A stretch of DNA of 64,000 nucleotides from Patescibacteria group bacterium (GTDB lineage Bacteria; Patescibacteriota; Patescibacteriia; Buchananbacterales; UBA6539). The notes below the pieces were generated by a model. The model did no database searches. It was given only the letters and a program-made list of their open reading frames with translations, and was not told the origin of the DNA. Position numbers and translations under genes: made by a program. The stretch covers positions 344 through 64,343 of the forward strand of contig JBAZMQ010000008.1 in NCBI GenBank assembly GCA_041649675.1. The letters run 5' to 3'. Every line of letters starts with the position of its first letter. Positions within the stretch are counted from its first letter, which is position 1. Shown in pieces: positions 26,320 to 36,825 of the stretch.

Positions 26320-27621
26320 TTAGAGTAAGGCAATAATTAGCCAAAACAGAACGGCTAAATCATTTTTGAAATAGGGCACGTCAATAAAACCGTGAACTAA
26401 AATGGTTATCATGGCAGCCATTAGGCCCAACTTAAGCCAGCGATTTTCTTTATTAACTTCGCTTAACCCTTTTTTGAAGAATTGAATTATTAGAATAATA
26501 AAAGAACTTAAACCTAACAAACCAAGTTCCAGCCAGAAGTTGAAAAAGATATTGTGTGCATAAAGTAATGGCTCCATCTTTAGTGGATTGCGCAATTGAT
26601 TTTGGATCTGGGCAAAACCTAAAATACCGCTGCCAAAAATAAAATTTTTGGGACTGCTTAATAAATACTTTTCGCTCATCTGCCATAAAATTATACGGTT
26701 TTGGCTGGATTGGCTGGTAAGATTTAATAATTTATCGGCCGCAATTGGCAAAACCAGCAGGGAAATTATAATTATTAATAGCATTAGTAGCAGTTGTAAT
26801 TTGTTGATTTTTAGCTGGAATTTTAATTGAGGTAAAAAAGCAAAAGAGATTAAAAAGATGATAGCTGCTATTAAGCCCAACCAAGTTCCTTGTGAGACAG
26901 TAAAGATGATTGCAATGATTGCTGGAATCAAAATTAGCAATTTGCCAATTGCGCCCAGCCAATTTTTAAATTCCGCAATCAGCCAGCCAAGATAAATAGT
27001 AATAATCGGACCCAGATACAAACCAACGGCGTTTGGTGAGCTAAAAATTGCAGTGACGCGGCGGCGGCTGGGAGCAATCCAAATCGGTTGGGCAATGCCA
27101 AAGGCGGTAAATTTTTGGTAAATGGCTAAAAATGAAATTAATAAAGAAGAAATTCCCAAAGCCCAAAGAATTATTTTTTTATCTTGGTCTGATTTAACAA
27201 CATTAATTAAAACCAAGAAAAACAAAATCGGTTCAATGAAATAAGCTTTCCAGAGCCCAGCGGCGGTGATTTTATTTGGGGCAATAAAAATGCTAATTGT
27301 TGCTGCGATAATAAATAGTAAAATTGGTAAGAGATATAGCTTGTAGCTTGTAGCTTGTAGCTTGTAGGGTTTGGCTTGGATAAACCAACCAAAAAAGGTT
27401 ACTAAAAGGCAAAGTTCTAAATAGGTGATTGGGACAAACCAAATTTGGCTGCGGCAAAGATAAGTGGGCAGTAAAATAATAGTGAGAGCGCAAGCGTAAA
27501 TTGATTTTTTAAAGCTGAGATAGCCTAAAACAACTAAAACAATCAGCATTAAAAAGTTTAACTGATACCAAGATTGGTTTAGAAGGTCTTGAATTTGCCA
27601 ATTGTAATCAAACCAAAACAT
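26320..27621 (-). CDS. O-antigen ligase/polymerase-like (Wzy_C/WaaL family) polytopic membrane protein. It contains an (AGCTTGT)x4 heptanucleotide repeat at 27338-27365.
   Basis: About 12 TM helices with a large periplasmic loop, the typical architecture of this family. It lies in a cluster with a flippase and a GT39 gene. Confidence 0.5.
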   Translation of the reverse strand: MFWFDYNWQIQDLLNQSWYQLNFLMLIVLVVLGYLSFKKSIYACALTIILLPTYLCRSQIWFVPITYLELCLLVTFFGWFIQAKPYKLQATSYKLYLLPILLFIIAATISIFIAPNKITAAGLWKAYFIEPILFFLVLINVVKSDQDKKIILWALGISSLLISFLAIYQKFTAFGIAQPIWIAPSRRRVTAIFSSPNAVGLYLGPIITIYLGWLIAEFKNWLGAIGKLLILIPAIIAIIFTVSQGTWLGLIAAIIFLISFAFLPQLKFQLKINKLQLLLMLLIIIISLLVLPIAADKLLNLTSQSSQNRIILWQMSEKYLLSSPKNFIFGSGILGFAQIQNQLRNPLKMEPLLYAHNIFFNFWLELGLLGLSSFIILIIQFFKKGLSEVNKENRWLKLGLMAAMITILVHGFIDVPYFKNDLAVLFWLIIALL

Positions 27622-27626
27622 AATTA

Positions 27627-28619
27627 TTATTTTGAATTTAAGATTTTAACACAAAATCCGTTGGTTGCTTGTTTTCTAAAATCATTAATTTGCCGCCGGT
27701 AGTTGGGGTCAATTTTTGATAATCTGATCAGCTTACCATTTTGGAGCAATGGCGGGTCAACGATTCTAAATTTGGTTTTTAAAATTAAGTCAGCTTTTTT
27801 AGGCTCAACAATTTTAATTTTTAATTTTTTTAAAGTTTTAAGCTGCTGATTAATTTCTGAATCCTTGGCTAGCTTAAGTTTTTTCATCACCACATCATCG
27901 GTGGTAAACAGATCTTTTTTGTTAATGATTTTTTTGGCCAAACTCAATTTAATGGTATCAGCCAAAATCCAATAAAGGCTGGATTGTAAAGGATTACACC
28001 AAACAACTTTGTTTAGTTTTAAATATAAGTAGGAAAATTTTTTGGCCGAAGCGACATTGGCAAAAACAAAATGGTTTTGGTAAACGATTAATTTTTTTAT
28101 TAAATCTTGAGTTTTATTTTTTAGTAGGTATTTAGCTATCGGATCCTGTAAAGTATAATCAATCCGATCGGCACATAAATCCGGTAGTTCTTTTTCCAAC
28201 AAGGTAAATTTTGAAAAATCCAAAATTTTTTTTGGTTTGAGCCCATGGTGTTTTAATATTTTATTTATGCCCTGCAATTCAAAAGCTTTTTTGAGCCGGC
28301 TATCCTGATAATCTTGGTATAATTCGCGGCCGTAAACCCGGTCAATGACATGGGAAAAAGCAGTGTGAGAAATATCGTGCAATAATCCGGCTGTTTGTTC
28401 TTCAAGACTGGCGCCATATTTTCTAAGTAAAAGTAAAACGCCGATTGAATGTTGATAACGATTGAAATTTCCCGGTTTTTGATGATAGAAATGCCAAGCC
28501 CCGAGCTGGGCAATTTTTTTTAATCGCTGTAAAGCCGGTGATTTAATTAAATCAATTAAAACCGGTTCACTGATGGTAAAACGGCCGTAAATTTTATGAT
28601 TAATTATTGTTGGTTTCAT
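27627..28619 (-). CDS. HD-domain phosphohydrolase
   Basis: QHSIGVLLLL...LLHDISHTAFSH (H...HD...H...H...D). Confidence 0.65.
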   Translation of the reverse strand: MKPTIINHKIYGRFTISEPVLIDLIKSPALQRLKKIAQLGAWHFYHQKPGNFNRYQHSIGVLLLLRKYGASLEEQTAGLLHDISHTAFSHVIDRVYGRELYQDYQDSRLKKAFELQGINKILKHHGLKPKKILDFSKFTLLEKELPDLCADRIDYTLQDPIAKYLLKNKTQDLIKKLIVYQNHFVFANVASAKKFSYLYLKLNKVVWCNPLQSSLYWILADTIKLSLAKKIINKKDLFTTDDVVMKKLKLAKDSEINQQLKTLKKLKIKIVEPKKADLILKTKFRIVDPPLLQNGKLIRLSKIDPNYRRQINDFRKQATNGFCVKILNSK

Positions 28620-30039
28620 CTTTTTTGACTTTAATAATTTCTAAAACCATTTCTCGGTCAAAACCCTTAAGCAAATATAGACAGAGAAAATAAACAACCG
28701 CGCCCAGACAAACTGACATCAGTAAGGGTAAATTAGGCAAGTAATAGAGGGGGATTGCCATTACTAAACTGGCCAAAATTACTTTACCCAGAATTTTTAA
28801 GTTAGGTAAAAATTTAAGTTGTTGGTAAAGAATCAAACCAGCCGTGGCCAAAATAAAAATTTCAGTAAACACCGTCATCCAGGCCGCCCCCCAGTAAGAA
28901 TAAAGCGGAATGAAGATTAAGTAACCAATTACTGAAATTACGGCATTGAGGGCATAAAATTTGATCATCTTTTTCTGTTGGTTTAAAGCCACCACGGCAT
29001 AACCAAATAAACCGGCAATAAAAATTGACCCAGTAGCTAAAAATAATATTTTGATAATTTGGCCCGAAATGGCAAAATCCGGCCCGGCCATTAAAACCAT
29101 TAGAGGTACACCCAAAAAGTAGCCGCCCACAATCATTGGTATGGTAAAGATAATTAAAAAATCAAAAGTTGATTGGATAATTTTTTTTAATCTTTCAAAA
29201 TTATTAATCGCTGAAGCCGTGGCCAAAAGTGGCAGAATTAAACCTAAAAACAGATAAACAACATTAATTAATACCTCTAACACTTTGTAAGGTGCGCCGT
29301 AAAGGCCGACCTCCGATTGGGTGCGAACTAATGACATGATAAAAATATCGCCCTTAAAATAAATTAAATTTAAAGCAATGGTTAAAGCCACCGGCCAAGT
29401 TTTGGTAATAATTTTTTGCCAAACTAACCAATCAAAGCTGGGTTTTAATTTTAATTGTTTGGAAGCAAAATAAAACATGATAATAAAAACGAAAAAGCTG
29501 TCTAAGGAAGCTGCCACTAAAATTCCCCAAAGCCCAAGATCAAAGTAGATTGTAATAATGGTGAGGATTAAATAAATTATTTTAGCGGTTACTTCAGCAA
29601 TAACCGCTTTGACCATGATTAAGTTTTTTTGAAACAAGCTGGTTAAGGTTGCCGTTAATGAAGCCGAGACAAAACCAACAATAGCAATAACCATGCCAAT
29701 TTTGACAATTGTTGGGTAGGGCAAAAATATTGCCACTAGAGGAGCAAGGCTTAAAAAAGTAATTGAAGCAATCAGCCGGATGGTTAGGGCATTGCTCAAA
29801 ATCTGGCTTTCATTTTCTTTTGGGTTAGAAATCAACTGAGTGGTTGTCATCTGCAGCCCCAAATCAATTAAAATTCCAAAAATAGCCAAGAAAGCATAAA
29901 TGGTTGAATAATAACCAACGCCTTGTTGACCTAAGTAGCGAGTCATTAAACCAAAACCAACCAAAGCTAAAGCTATCACCAGGGCTTTGCCGATGACTTG
30001 AATCATTGTATTATGGGCAATTTTTTGAACTTCACTCAT
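28600..30039 (-). CDS. Polysaccharide/oligosaccharide flippase (MOP superfamily, Wzx-like)
   Basis: 479 aa with about 14 TM helices and the Polysacc_synt-like N-terminal organisation. Confidence 0.55.
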   Translation of the reverse strand: MSEVQKIAHNTMIQVIGKALVIALALVGFGLMTRYLGQQGVGYYSTIYAFLAIFGILIDLGLQMTTTQLISNPKENESQILSNALTIRLIASITFLSLAPLVAIFLPYPTIVKIGMVIAIVGFVSASLTATLTSLFQKNLIMVKAVIAEVTAKIIYLILTIITIYFDLGLWGILVAASLDSFFVFIIMFYFASKQLKLKPSFDWLVWQKIITKTWPVALTIALNLIYFKGDIFIMSLVRTQSEVGLYGAPYKVLEVLINVVYLFLGLILPLLATASAINNFERLKKIIQSTFDFLIIFTIPMIVGGYFLGVPLMVLMAGPDFAISGQIIKILFLATGSIFIAGLFGYAVVALNQQKKMIKFYALNAVISVIGYLIFIPLYSYWGAAWMTVFTEIFILATAGLILYQQLKFLPNLKILGKVILASLVMAIPLYYLPNLPLLMSVCLGAVVYFLCLYLLKGFDREMVLEIIKVKKDETNNN

Positions 30040-30189
30040 AAAATTATTACCATTTTATCATAACATTTTTGAAAGTAAATTGACAAAATTTTTTAGGTGT
30101 GCTATACTGTATTTAGAGAGTGCCAAAAGCTCTCTTTTATAAACCCTTTTTAAGAAAGGGCAAGCCAAAACAAAAATAAAAACAACAAT

Positions 30190-30477
30190 ATGCAGCGCAT
30201 TCAATCAATTCATGAGGTTTTATCCTTTTTTGGTGTAACCTCTCAAAACCAGGTACTGAATAATCGGCTTAGCCAATATCAATTGGTGGTAAGCTTGGTC
30301 AGTGCTTTTTTTATTGTTTTGTTTGCCACTTGGCTTTTGAGTGTTACCTCCAGTTTTTTAGCTGGTAACCAGGGTTTGACTTTAGATCAACAAGAGAAAT
30401 CAGCTTTCCAACCCAGTCAAGCAGTCAGTAAGCAAATTAATCAGATTAACGGTGGCTATTTGGGGATTTATCATTAA
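30190..30477 (+). CDS. Hypothetical small membrane protein (95 aa)
   Basis: One TM helix. Intact ORF. Confidence 0.35.
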   Translation: MQRIQSIHEVLSFFGVTSQNQVLNNRLSQYQLVVSLVSAFFIVLFATWLLSVTSSFLAGNQGLTLDQQEKSAFQPSQAVSKQINQINGGYLGIYH

Positions 30478-30576
30478 TAATAATTAAAGCCAGTTTTGCT
30501 GCCAGTTGGCAGCCTGTAACCATTGGCTTTTACATATTTGTTCATTTGTTTTTACAATTCAAAAAAACAAAAACAA

Positions 30577-30608
30577 AAATATATGGCTTAAGGCCATATA
30601 TTTTTTAT
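30577..30608. terminator. Bidirectional intrinsic terminator (perfect palindrome)
   Basis: AAAATATATGGC-TTAA-GGCCATATATTTTTT. Confidence 0.65.
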
Positions 30609-30623
30609 TGAAATTTAGTTTGA

Positions 30624-31181
30624 TTATTTTTTTAAGTTATCAGTAAAGATGTGGGCTTTTTTATAATCATTAACAACATTGCCTAGTTTTTTGGCAACCG
30701 AATGGGGTTCTGGTATTTGTTTAAAAACAAACCGTTCTTTTTCACCGGCAGTTTGGGCATAGACTTGGCCGTAATTTAAAATGGTTGGGAAAAAACCTTT
30801 TGCTTCCGAAGTGATATCTTGGATTTTATCCAATCTTTGTTCCGAAACCGTTCGGGCAAACAAGCCACCTTGTTCCATGTCAATAATTCTTTGGTTGGTG
30901 ATTACCCAAACGTCCAAGTAATAACTGACATAACTGGCAAAAGCAAAAAGCCAAATAAAAAGATAATAGAGGCTGGTGAATAAAACTAGAATTGGTTCAT
31001 AAGTTACCCCGGTAAAGATTTTTTTTAAAGTATCATTCAAAAGCCAATAAAATAGTAAAGGTAAAATTGCCACTACTGTCCAGCTGGCAAATCTTGTCAG
31101 AAGAACAAAATGATGCCGCCGCAAAAGCAGGATAATATTTTCACCTTCCAGGCGATGGGGGATAAAAAATTTTATTATCAT
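30624..31181 (-). CDS. Membrane protein with a bacterial PH (bPH_2/YdbT-like) domain
   Basis: Two N-terminal TM helices followed by ITNQRIIDMEQGGLFARTVSEQRLDKIQDI. Confidence 0.4.
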   Translation of the reverse strand: MIIKFFIPHRLEGENIILLLRRHHFVLLTRFASWTVVAILPLLFYWLLNDTLKKIFTGVTYEPILVLFTSLYYLFIWLFAFASYVSYYLDVWVITNQRIIDMEQGGLFARTVSEQRLDKIQDITSEAKGFFPTILNYGQVYAQTAGEKERFVFKQIPEPHSVAKKLGNVVNDYKKAHIFTDNLKK

Positions 31182-31184
31182 AAA

Positions 31185-31421
31185 TTATTGAAATTGAGGA
31201 GAAATATAAAAAGTTTGCTGCCAATCAATTTGGCCAATATAACCCCAAGAGATACTTAGAATTAAAGCCGTAACGACAATGTAAAAAATAATTACGGTAA
31301 TATTACCAAGGCTCAAGAAACCAAACCGGACTAAATGATAAACATTAAAAAAGGTAAAAATTAAAAAAACCGCGATAAAAATCAGGTAGATGTAGTAGAA
31401 AAATGAGATGGCAACAGTCAT
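31185..31421 (-). CDS. Small membrane protein (78 aa)
   Basis: Two TM helices, immediately upstream of ruvB. Confidence 0.35.
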   Translation of the reverse strand: MTVAISFFYYIYLIFIAVFLIFTFFNVYHLVRFGFLSLGNITVIIFYIVVTALILSISWGYIGQIDWQQTFYISPQFQ

Positions 31422-31428
31422 GACTTTA

Positions 31429-32457
31429 TTATATCAATTTTTTTTGAATTTTAACATCATTCAAATTAAGGTGCTTGTAGGCATGTTCGGTTGCCAGGCG
31501 GCCCTTAGGGGTTCGTTTGAGTAAGCCGATTTGGAGCAAAAACGGTTCATAAACATCTTCAATCGTTGCCATTTCTTCACCAGTGGCCGCCGCAATGGTA
31601 TTTAGGCCAACTGGTCCGCCACCAAATTTAGTGATAATTACTTCTAAAATTTTTCGGTCAATTTCATCCAAACCGAATTTATCAATATCTAGCATGGTTA
31701 AAGCTTGTTCGGTAATGGCTTCATTAACTTTGCCTTCCGCTTTGACTTGAGCAAAATCCCTGACCCGTTTTAACAAGCGGTTGGCCACGCGCGGAGTTTT
31801 TCTGGCTCGGCTAGAAATTTTGGCCGCGGCTGACAAATCCATTTCAATATTTAAAATTTTAGCGGCCCGATTAATGATTTGTTGGATTTCATCATCTTCA
31901 TAAAAATTCAAATGATAGATATTGCCAAACCGATCGCGCAAGGGCGAAGAAAGCAAGCTGATTTTGGTAGTGGCGCCAACGATGGTAAAATGCGGTAAAT
32001 CAAGTCGTAAAGTCCGAGCCGACGGTCCTTTGCCAATGACGATATCCAAAGCATAATCTTCCATGGCTGGATAAAGAATTTCTTCAATTACTTTATTTAG
32101 GCGATGAATTTCATCAATAAATAAAATATCGCCATCTTCCAAATTGGTCAGAATGGCTGCCAAATCGCCGCTTCTTTCCAGGGCTGGTCCAGAAGTGACT
32201 CGGATATTAACCTTCATTTCATTGGCAATAATATGGGCCAAAGTGGTTTTACCCAAACCCGGCGGGCCATAGAGCAAAACGTGTTCAATTGGTTCTTTTC
32301 GGCCCTTGGCTGCTTGCATGAAAATTTTTAAATTATCTTTGATCTTTTTTTGGCCGATGAATTCCGTTAAATCTTTTGGCCGCAAAGTCAAATCAAAGGT
32401 CGCTTCATTTTTTAGCTCCTTTGGGTCAATTACTCGATTTTTTTCAGCCGTTGGCAT
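31429..32457 (-). CDS. ruvB: Holliday junction branch-migration helicase RuvB
   Basis: Walker [21 protein letters not shown], sensor regions and winged-helix C-terminus; 342 aa. Confidence 0.93.
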   Translation of the reverse strand: MPTAEKNRVIDPKELKNEATFDLTLRPKDLTEFIGQKKIKDNLKIFMQAAKGRKEPIEHVLLYGPPGLGKTTLAHIIANEMKVNIRVTSGPALERSGDLAAILTNLEDGDILFIDEIHRLNKVIEEILYPAMEDYALDIVIGKGPSARTLRLDLPHFTIVGATTKISLLSSPLRDRFGNIYHLNFYEDDEIQQIINRAAKILNIEMDLSAAAKISSRARKTPRVANRLLKRVRDFAQVKAEGKVNEAITEQALTMLDIDKFGLDEIDRKILEVIITKFGGGPVGLNTIAAATGEEMATIEDVYEPFLLQIGLLKRTPKGRLATEHAYKHLNLNDVKIQKKLI

Positions 32458-32497
32458 ATCACTAACATCTTACCTTTTTGGGTTTAAAAAAACAACT

Positions 32498-34006
32498 TTA
32501 TTTGTAATAAACAATTATCTGCGGTCCGCAAAAGGAATCTGGTTTGTAGCTAGTTTCAATTTGCCAGCCATTATTAGTCAACCATTGATGCACTGGTGCG
32601 GAAAAATAATGGTCATCAGAATTAACTTCAAAGATAATAATAACCCGATCAAAACCCTCAATTAGGGCCTGGAGCTCTCCAACGTTATTAGTATTAATTA
32701 AATTCTGCCAGTTTTTTTCTGAGATTCTTTGGTCTAAAGTTTTATTGTCGTTTATTGGATAGAAACCGACAAAATTATTTTTTCCAGTGTAGTAGCGTTG
32801 AAACGGCAATTCATAAATATAACTGGAAATTATTATTTTGTCTTTTGGTTTTTCATTTTGAGCCAACCATTGGTTGCCCAGATCCCAGCGACAAAACTGT
32901 AAAAATAAATTTTGACTTAAGGTAAAAAGGCTGATTAAAAACCAAGCAGTAATCAGAAACCAAAATAATTTTTTTTGCTTTAGCCAAAGTAAGTAAAAAA
33001 AGTAGGCAACGATTAGATAAAGAGCCAGATAGGAAATACTAAAAATTCGGATGTAATTGATTTGAGTTATTGCCGAAACTATTAAGCCAGGTAGCAGCCA
33101 GGCAAATAAAAACCAGTTGGGGTTAATTTGCTTTGGTGTTTGGCGGTTTTTTTTGGACTCAGGCCAAAGCAAAATCATAAATGGCGCGGCCAAAATTATT
33201 ACGGCGCTATAAAACCTCAGCCAGTAGCTTTTTAAAAGTAAAAAGAAATAATCATAAATTCCAACGGCAAAATTTCGGTTGCGGGTGGAGCTGAAATACC
33301 AGCCTTGATTGATAATGGTTGGCAATTTTGGTAAAAACAGGGCAACGAGCCAAGCTAGCCAAAGGGTAACGCCGGGGATTTGAGCTAAAAAGAATTTTTT
33401 AGCCTTTGGCTTGTCAATTTGTTTTTGCCAAACTAGAATTAAAAACCAAAGCCCTTGAGTGGCCAAAGCAAAAAGGCTGCCTAAATGGGTTAAAAGCATT
33501 ACTGAATTAGTAAGAATATAAAGCAGCCAAAGGCCTTTTTTCTTTTCAACAAATATTTGCCAAAATAAAAGCAAAGAGAGAGCACCGCCAAATTCTAACA
33601 TTGGGTACATCCGCGCCTGGCAGGCAGAAAATATTTGAAAATAGGACAGGGCAAAAATAATTGTCGCCAAGGTAGCACTGAAGCGATTGAGAATTTTTTT
33701 GGTTAAGTAGTAAATTACAATCATCGTACCAAGGCTGAAAAACAGGGAAGGCAGCTTGGTTACAATTTCGTTGTCACCAAAAAATTTAATCCAAAAATGA
33801 AGCAACAGGTAATAAGCCGGCGGATGAACTTCGTTTTGTAACAAAGAAAACATTTGACCCAAATTCAAACTGGCAAAATGGACGCTAAAAATATCGTCAA
33901 AGGTGTAGGTACCAAAATTAAAAAGCGCAATCAACCTAATGATTGCGGCAATTACAATAATTCCTGACAAGGTGAATAATTCAAAAGAAACTTTAAACTT
34001 GGGCAT
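32498..34006 (-). CDS. GT39/ArnT-like (PMT_2) membrane glycosyltransferase
   Basis: Polytopic protein whose N-terminal FDDIFSVHFA and HPPAYYLLLHFW resemble the ArnT/PMT family. Confidence 0.6.
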   Translation of the reverse strand: MPKFKVSFELFTLSGIIVIAAIIRLIALFNFGTYTFDDIFSVHFASLNLGQMFSLLQNEVHPPAYYLLLHFWIKFFGDNEIVTKLPSLFFSLGTMIVIYYLTKKILNRFSATLATIIFALSYFQIFSACQARMYPMLEFGGALSLLLFWQIFVEKKKGLWLLYILTNSVMLLTHLGSLFALATQGLWFLILVWQKQIDKPKAKKFFLAQIPGVTLWLAWLVALFLPKLPTIINQGWYFSSTRNRNFAVGIYDYFFLLLKSYWLRFYSAVIILAAPFMILLWPESKKNRQTPKQINPNWFLFAWLLPGLIVSAITQINYIRIFSISYLALYLIVAYFFYLLWLKQKKLFWFLITAWFLISLFTLSQNLFLQFCRWDLGNQWLAQNEKPKDKIIISSYIYELPFQRYYTGKNNFVGFYPINDNKTLDQRISEKNWQNLINTNNVGELQALIEGFDRVIIIFEVNSDDHYFSAPVHQWLTNNGWQIETSYKPDSFCGPQIIVYYK

Positions 34007-34113
34007 ATCAAAATTTTACCCTTTTGAGCCCAAAAAAACAAATAAAAAAAAGACTCGCACATTCCTTTTGGTCTGTGCGAGGGTTTCAAATTCCTCCCGT
34101 GCCTTGGGCACGA

Positions 34114-35856
34114 TTAGTTTAGGGGAAAGAGCGTGGCAAACTGGGTTGCCAGATGTGAAGGGATTTCATCTCGGTTTCGGGGATCTGCTTCCGGGCGTGC
34201 TCGGTGCAGAAGCGCAAGAGAGATTTCATGGCAGTCTGTCGGGGTAAGGCTTATTAAGGTCTTATCACCATCGGTTGATAGCGTGATTCCTTCTTTAAGA
34301 GCTGCAATCAAGGCCCTGACAACCTCAATGTTGAACTGGGTGCCGGCACACCTGATCATTTCCAGGATTGCTTTCCAGACTAGCATGCCTTCTTTTTCCA
34401 ATGCTCGGTAACTGCGCCGTGAAGTCATAGCATCAAAAGCATCTACGGCACCTAAGATCATTTCAGAAATTGTTAGCTCTTTAATGCCTCGGGGGTAGCC
34501 TTTACCGTCAGGCCGCTCATGGTGGCACCAGATAAACCTGGCTACGCCGGTACTAAACATTCTTCCTTGTTCAATGATTCTGACCCCTAGGTCTGGGTGT
34601 TGTTTCATTGTGGTCCACTCTTGTTCAGTAAGTTTGTCGGGTTTTTCCAATACTTCATCGGGAATTCCGATTTTACCCACATCATGGACCAAACCGCCTT
34701 TGGCTAATAGTGTCAGCTCTTCATCGCCGAGACCTAGTTTTTTACCAACAGCGACAGCAAGTTCGCTTACTCGGCGGCTATGGCCAGAAGTGTAGCGACT
34801 CCGTTCTTCAAGAGCGGCTGCCAGGATAAATATCATTTGTTCTTGGGCTTCGATTTGTTCATTGATGTCACGCAGATGCAAGATTTGCATTGCCAAACAT
34901 CGAGCGAACACTTGAGCATTTGTTGTTTCCTCTTGGGTAATTTGGCAGCCGGATTTTTCAAAGATGATCATAGCACCAATTAGGTTCTGATTTTGGTCAG
35001 CGAGCGGGAATACCGCGAATGGCCGGTTCTCTGGCTGGCCTTGAGGATCAATCGCTTTGGTTTCGCCCGGTTGATTATAGACGGCGGTCCTTTTAGTCTG
35101 GCTCACTAAAAGTAGGGCTGACGAACTATCGGGTATTTCTATCTTGATTTTATGCCTTGAGGTCACCGTTTTTGTATTGGTTACTTCAATTAGATGTTCC
35201 CCATTAACTATGAATAGGGAAATCTCATCAAGCATTAAAGCCCGTACGATAATAACCAAAGGGAAAATTATTTCTTCTGGTTCCTGGCAGGCAAGTAAAG
35301 CGACGATTGCTTCGTAGATTGCTTCCATATTGCGCCGGCGCGTAATCACTGGGTACAGTTCGCCAGCGACTGCCACAAGCATGCCTAATTCAGTATCGGT
35401 AAAAGCAACTTCTCGGCTGATCCGATTGACACTCAGAACACCAATGACTTTACTGCCATCGGTTAGCGGTACGCAGATTGCTGAGCCGATATCGTCTCTG
35501 CTTATCATGCCTTGCAGGTCAGGCTCGGTGATAGTTTTCTGGTTAAGGAGCAGCGGCTTATTTTCGGCTGCCACTTTACCAGCAATTCCTTCTCCTGGTC
35601 TGATGCCTCTTGAATTGACTTCACTGACAGTTTGATCTGACAAACCTTTGCTGGCGGAAAATCGCAAGAGACCATCATGGTTTGTTAACATAATTGATCC
35701 GGTATTTCCGCTAACTGATTCAATTACCAACCCTAAAGCTTCGGTTAAAGGTCCAGCAAGATCATCAGCAGTGGCAGTCAGCCCTGTTATGGTTAGCAGC
35801 AAGCGCATTTGGGCTTCATTCAGGGTTGTCATTCTTGTTCCTTCTTCCGCTTTCAT
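34114..35856 (-). CDS. GAF-domain-containing HD-GYP phosphodiesterase (c-di-GMP or cGAMP)
   Basis: HDVGKIGIPDEVL...HHERPDGKGYPRG. N-terminal GAF-like regions. GC-rich. Confidence 0.8.
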   Translation of the reverse strand: MKAEEGTRMTTLNEAQMRLLLTITGLTATADDLAGPLTEALGLVIESVSGNTGSIMLTNHDGLLRFSASKGLSDQTVSEVNSRGIRPGEGIAGKVAAENKPLLLNQKTITEPDLQGMISRDDIGSAICVPLTDGSKVIGVLSVNRISREVAFTDTELGMLVAVAGELYPVITRRRNMEAIYEAIVALLACQEPEEIIFPLVIIVRALMLDEISLFIVNGEHLIEVTNTKTVTSRHKIKIEIPDSSSALLLVSQTKRTAVYNQPGETKAIDPQGQPENRPFAVFPLADQNQNLIGAMIIFEKSGCQITQEETTNAQVFARCLAMQILHLRDINEQIEAQEQMIFILAAALEERSRYTSGHSRRVSELAVAVGKKLGLGDEELTLLAKGGLVHDVGKIGIPDEVLEKPDKLTEQEWTTMKQHPDLGVRIIEQGRMFSTGVARFIWCHHERPDGKGYPRGIKELTISEMILGAVDAFDAMTSRRSYRALEKEGMLVWKAILEMIRCAGTQFNIEVVRALIAALKEGITLSTDGDKTLISLTPTDCHEISLALLHRARPEADPRNRDEIPSHLATQFATLFPLN

Positions 35857-36038
35857 AAGTGAACGTCTCCCTAGTTTTAGTTGTAGTGTTCAATCATTTC
35901 ACCTCATAATACTTCTATACTTCCTAGTTAAAAAAATTAACATTTTTTTAGTTGGCTGTCAATAATAGTCTTATTTTTCTTAGATAAAATAGCATTTTTA
36001 TTTAAATAACAAAAAAATAACCGGCTAGGTTATTATTT

Positions 36039-36125
36039 TGGTGCCCAGAGAGGGGGTCGAACCCTCACGGCCTTGCGGCCACAGGATTTTAAGTCCTGCG
36101 TGTATACCAGTTTCACCACCTGGGC
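36039..36125 (-). tRNA. tRNA-Leu (anticodon TAA), CCA encoded
   Basis: The reverse complement reads GCCCAGGTGGTGAAACTGGTATACACGCAGGACTTAAAATCCTGTGGCCGCAAGGCCGTGAGGGTTCGACCCCCTCTCTGGGCACCA, a class II cloverleaf with anticodon loop CTTAAAA. Confidence 0.85.
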
Positions 36126-36323
36126 ATTAAAATTTTAAAAACCAAATCTCAAAGCTAAAAAATTAGGAAGTCGCCTGGCGGCGACTGATATTGTTTTTTA
36201 ACATTAATTATAATAAGATAAAAGCAGTTTTATGTCAATCCTGCACCGAAGCTCGCGAATTAAATGGTAATGGAATTTTTATTTCATGGCCACTTTAAAT
36301 TATTTGATTTACTTAAATAAACA

Positions 36324-36824
36324 ATGAAAAAAGAAACAAGAAACAAAAAAAATAATTTTTTGGCAAAAAGTGATGAGGTTTATTTAGTGGCTCAAAATGT
36401 TAGAAGTTTATTTAACGTCGGTTCATTTTTTAGAATTGCCGATGTCTTTGGGGTGAAAAAAATTTTTCTTTGCGGTTATACCGGTTTTCCGCCCCGGCAG
36501 CAGATTAGCAAAACCGCTTTGGGTGCTGACCAATGGGTGGCCTGGGAAAAACAATATCAGACACACTTGGTAATTAAAAAATTAAAAAAACAGGGAATTA
36601 AAATTGTAGTTTTAGAAACCGGCCAAAAAAGTAAGTTATTGCCTGAGTTTAAACCCAAATTTCCACTAGCCTTGGTGGTGGGTAATGAAATTAAGGGAGT
36701 CAGTAAAAGTATTTTGGCCCTGGCTGATGAAGTCGTCAAAATTCCGATGCAGGGTAAGAAAGAATCATTAAACGTGGCGGTGGCAGCAGCGGTGGCTTTA
36801 TATCAATTACAAAATCAGCACTAG
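36324..36824 (+). CDS. TrmH/SpoU-family RNA 2'-O-methyltransferase
   Basis: SpoU motifs ...LVVGNEIKGVS... and ...VKIPMQGKKESLNVAVAAAVALYQL. Confidence 0.7.
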   Translation: MKKETRNKKNNFLAKSDEVYLVAQNVRSLFNVGSFFRIADVFGVKKIFLCGYTGFPPRQQISKTALGADQWVAWEKQYQTHLVIKKLKKQGIKIVVLETGQKSKLLPEFKPKFPLALVVGNEIKGVSKSILALADEVVKIPMQGKKESLNVAVAAAVALYQLQNQH

Positions 36825-36825
36825 C

